Source: Thraustochytrium aureum (taxonomy: Eukaryota). Taken from it: 46,354 nt of DNA. The stretch covers positions 1 to 46,354 of the forward strand of contig BLSG01000100.1 in the NCBI GenBank assembly GCA_012862495.1, read 5' to 3'. The position numbers were made by a program, and so were the translations under genes. The notes under the pieces were generated by a model. It was given only the letters and a program-made list of their open reading frames with translations. It made no database searches and was not told where the DNA came from. Of this stretch, positions 43,758 to 46,354 are shown one piece after another (within the stretch, counting starts at the first letter, position 1; every line of letters starts with the position of its first letter).

Positions 43758-44462
43758 TCATGAAAAAACTGCGTTTGAAGCCTGCCGCATCGATGACGGA
43801 CGCAGGCCCCCCTTGAGCAAGGCTTTTGTCAGGGGCTTGCAGTAGTAGCCACGATCGACGAGCAGCTCAACTGAGGCACCTGTGTAGAGAAATCCCAGCA
43901 CACAGGTTTTCCCGTTCATCTCGTCCAGCCGTTTGCATTGCCGCCGAAGAGCGCGCCGATTCTCTTTGGAATCCACCTTGACCTCAACATAGACAAGGAC
44001 AGTCTCGTCTTTGCCTGGGGGCTTCCACTTGAAGACCAGATCAGGGGCAGCAAGGGTGGTTCCGTCTTGCCGGGACAGCACCATTTCATGCCCAACAAAG
44101 TCCATGCCGAACTTCCACAGCAGGATAGCAACCTTCACGTGGCCCGCGAAAGACTTGTGCTTGTTGTTGGTGAGCTTGGGTTTCCGCCTGGAGGCAAGAT
44201 CATCAGCTACTATTTTAATTAAGGGCTCGGCGCACGGCTGCGTCCTTGCCGCGACGTGGATGCCATGCGCTCCTGCTGAAAATATCAAAGTCCCGGAGCC
44301 TTGTCGCAAGACAGCTGGAGTCTCCAAAGGCCTTCTTGCGCGCAAGCGCAGGGCAGCCCGACGCGCTTGGCTGTTTGGCCCGTTGCCACTTAAGAAGCAA
44401 CAGGTAGAAGGGTCACGCAGCCGGGCGGCCTGAATGCTCCGACGGAGCCTGGCGAGGGGCAT
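43758..44462 (-). CDS. PD-(D/E)xK nuclease-like protein, paralog 2
   Basis: Core SFAGHVKV..L.KFG..VGHE..APDLVF..LVYVEVK..LRRQCKRL, clearly homologous to 42527-43390. The start is uncertain. Confidence 0.65.
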   Translation of the reverse strand: MPLARLRRSIQAARLRDPSTCCFLSGNGPNSQARRAALRLRARRPLETPAVLRQGSGTLIFSAGAHGIHVAARTQPCAEPLIKIVADDLASRRKPKLTNNKHKSFAGHVKVAILLWKFGMDFVGHEMVLSRQDGTTLAAPDLVFKWKPPGKDETVLVYVEVKVDSKENRRALRRQCKRLDEMNGKTCVLGFLYTGASVELLVDRGYYCKPLTKALLKGGLRPSSMRQASNAVFS

Positions 44463-45071
44463 GACGTTTCTTACGGCTGCTGGCTCGCGACGGGCAATGA
44501 AGTGGTATTGGTCGCGCTACCCGCCTGCTCGATTCTAGCTGGACGAGCTCGATCCTTGTTTGTTGCGGGAGGCACATGTCAACGCATCGAGCGTTGGCGG
44601 TCAGCACCTCATTTTTGAGCGACGCCAAGGCAACCCAGGCCTGATTTTTGGCCTGATTGATGGCTGATGGATGGCCGATTCGCAACGCTGTCTCGCGGGA
44701 GGCGCCCGCGAACGGAAGCCCGCTGGCCTTGTGCGTTGACCAATCGTTCCAAGTTGGCCGACCGCGCCGCGACAGCCATCGAGTTCGTGGCGGTAGGTAC
44801 GCAACCAGAACAGCGCAGCCAGACAGCCAAACAGCACCAGCCGAGGCAGGTCGATAGCAAGTTGAATAGGCCTGTTCCCGGGGCGACGCGGTTGTCGCTG
44901 CCAGCCAGGCTCGTGATCACGAGGGTGCGTTCGGAGCTCTCGCATCAACGACCCGCGCAAGACATGTGAAACTCGTACCGGTACCAGCAGGCGAGAGACT
45001 CCGCCACTGCTCTCTCAGAAGTAGAGCAAGGGTGGCCAGTGGGCGTGGTTACATCGGACCAGCGCGGAGTG

Positions 45072-46082
45072 ATGAGTGGGCGAGCAAGCGAGTCGACTGC
45101 GAGGGCAGAAATCGCAACGACAGCGAAACGCTGCGCGATGGCGAGTGCGCCGGGCTGCGGCGCCGTGATGGACCTGCCCCGTTCGCCGCGCCGGCCGGGT
45201 CGCGCCAAGGCGCTACTTTGCACGGTCGGGGCACTGGCTGCACTCGGCGTGCTGTTCATGGCAAGGGTTGACCGCTGGCTGCCCGAGGGGGACGAATCTC
45301 GGCGCAACGAAGGAAGCGGCCCAAACGTTGTCATCGCTTGCATCACAAGAGACGACATGGAGGGACTGGTCGCGAACCGGGCCCAGGTGGAGCTGCTCGG
45401 CAGTCGGTTCGCGGAGTATCGAGTGCTGATCGTGGAGAACGACTCGAAACCCCCTTTCAAGCTCATGCTCCAAGACTGGGCTCGCCGCAATCCTCGCGTG
45501 ATCCTTCTCGGCAAGGACCTGGGCCTGTCTAAGCGGCCGAGTCTGAACTTTTTGGCAACGGCGCGCAACATGTACCGTGAAAGGCTATTGGAACCAGACC
45601 TTGCGCGATTTGACCGCGTCATTGTCTTCGACATGGACCTTGACACGCGCTGGCCCATTGAGGCCATTGTAGACAGCACACGGGTCAGTGACGAGAACTT
45701 TGGCGCGCGATGTATGCACATCTACAACCCCGACGGCGGCCACCGTGACGTCCTCGCTGCGCGCAGTAAAGCCGAGTTCCCTTTTTACTCCAAGTGGAGC
45801 CCCACAAACGTGGACTCGCCGACGGAAAAGCTTGTGGCAGAAATCACTGCCCGCTGGTTCGACGAAGGCCGTGTCGTCGCCCTCGACAGCTGCTTTGGTG
45901 GGCTCGCCATATACGACCGCAGGGTCTTTGAAAGCTGCGCCTACAACGATACCATTAACGACTGTGAGCACGTATCGCTCAGCGTTTGCATTCGCGCGCA
46001 AGGCCGTTCTGTGCTTCTCGACACCACCATGGCTATGCCATTTCACGCTGTGCGCTGGCCATTTTACTACCAAGTACCATGA
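45072..46082 (+). CDS. Type II membrane glycosyltransferase, CAP59/cryptococcal mannosyltransferase-like
   Basis: Signal-anchor TM (ALLCTVGALAALGVLFM), then VVIACITRD, VLIVENDS, LATARN, DxD motif VFDMD, SCFGGLAIY and CEHVSL. Confidence 0.8.
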   Translation: MSGRASESTARAEIATTAKRCAMASAPGCGAVMDLPRSPRRPGRAKALLCTVGALAALGVLFMARVDRWLPEGDESRRNEGSGPNVVIACITRDDMEGLVANRAQVELLGSRFAEYRVLIVENDSKPPFKLMLQDWARRNPRVILLGKDLGLSKRPSLNFLATARNMYRERLLEPDLARFDRVIVFDMDLDTRWPIEAIVDSTRVSDENFGARCMHIYNPDGGHRDVLAARSKAEFPFYSKWSPTNVDSPTEKLVAEITARWFDEGRVVALDSCFGGLAIYDRRVFESCAYNDTINDCEHVSLSVCIRAQGRSVLLDTTMAMPFHAVRWPFYYQVP

Positions 46083-46354
46083 TTCCATTGAACCTCTATC
46101 TACTCCCCGTGGGCTCTAGGTAGCTAGCGAGAGTCAGGAAGTGGACCGCTGCGTCCACGTGCGCAAGTGGCGAGCGCGCTTGCACGCGCGGCAATAGTTG
46201 ACGGTGCGGCATTTATTGCCGCGCTCGAATAGTGTTGTGAGCGACTCTTTGGGTTGGCACAGAGAAGTCGGAGCAACAACAGCGGTTGACAGGATTTCCG
46301 CGTTGCAGCCACATCACATCGAATCTTCATATCGTTTGTGAGATACACCTCGAG

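Noticed and set aside
37920..44462. Class III cyclase next to nuclease-like genes, as in a Pycsar/CBASS-like defence operon
   Set aside because: The cyclase has ordinary ATP-specifying residues and signalling domains, the nucleases have no visible cNMP-sensor domain, and adjacency in a eukaryote is weak evidence.

Overview
This is a GC-rich, intron-poor eukaryotic scaffold with many N gaps and microsatellites. The gene content (flagellar SPAG6/PF16, 7TM-RGS, Dispatched-like RND transporter, eIF5, CAP59- and GT71-type glycosyltransferases) suggests a flagellated protist, possibly a labyrinthulomycete stramenopile; that is an inference. About 17 genes are supportable. About 10 single-base frameshifts interrupt otherwise intact genes, and most look like homopolymer-type sequencing errors. 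The main discovery is the minus-strand RGS-domain membrane gene at ~15318-14346. It has an in-frame TGA (14661-14659), a downstream reading frame that continues into a C-terminal TM helix, and a well-formed type II SECIS about 50 nt after the TAG stop. Together these make it a candidate novel RGS-domain selenoprotein. Other notable items: a Dispatched/RND transporter fused to a degenerate Notum/pectinacetylesterase-like domain; tandem PD-(D/E)xK nuclease-like paralogs, one with an N-acylation motif; a PTS2-bearing P450 with an altered heme motif; a CyaB-like GAF-GAF-PAS adenylate cyclase; and a C2CD6/CatSper-tau-like gene head-to-head with SPAG6.
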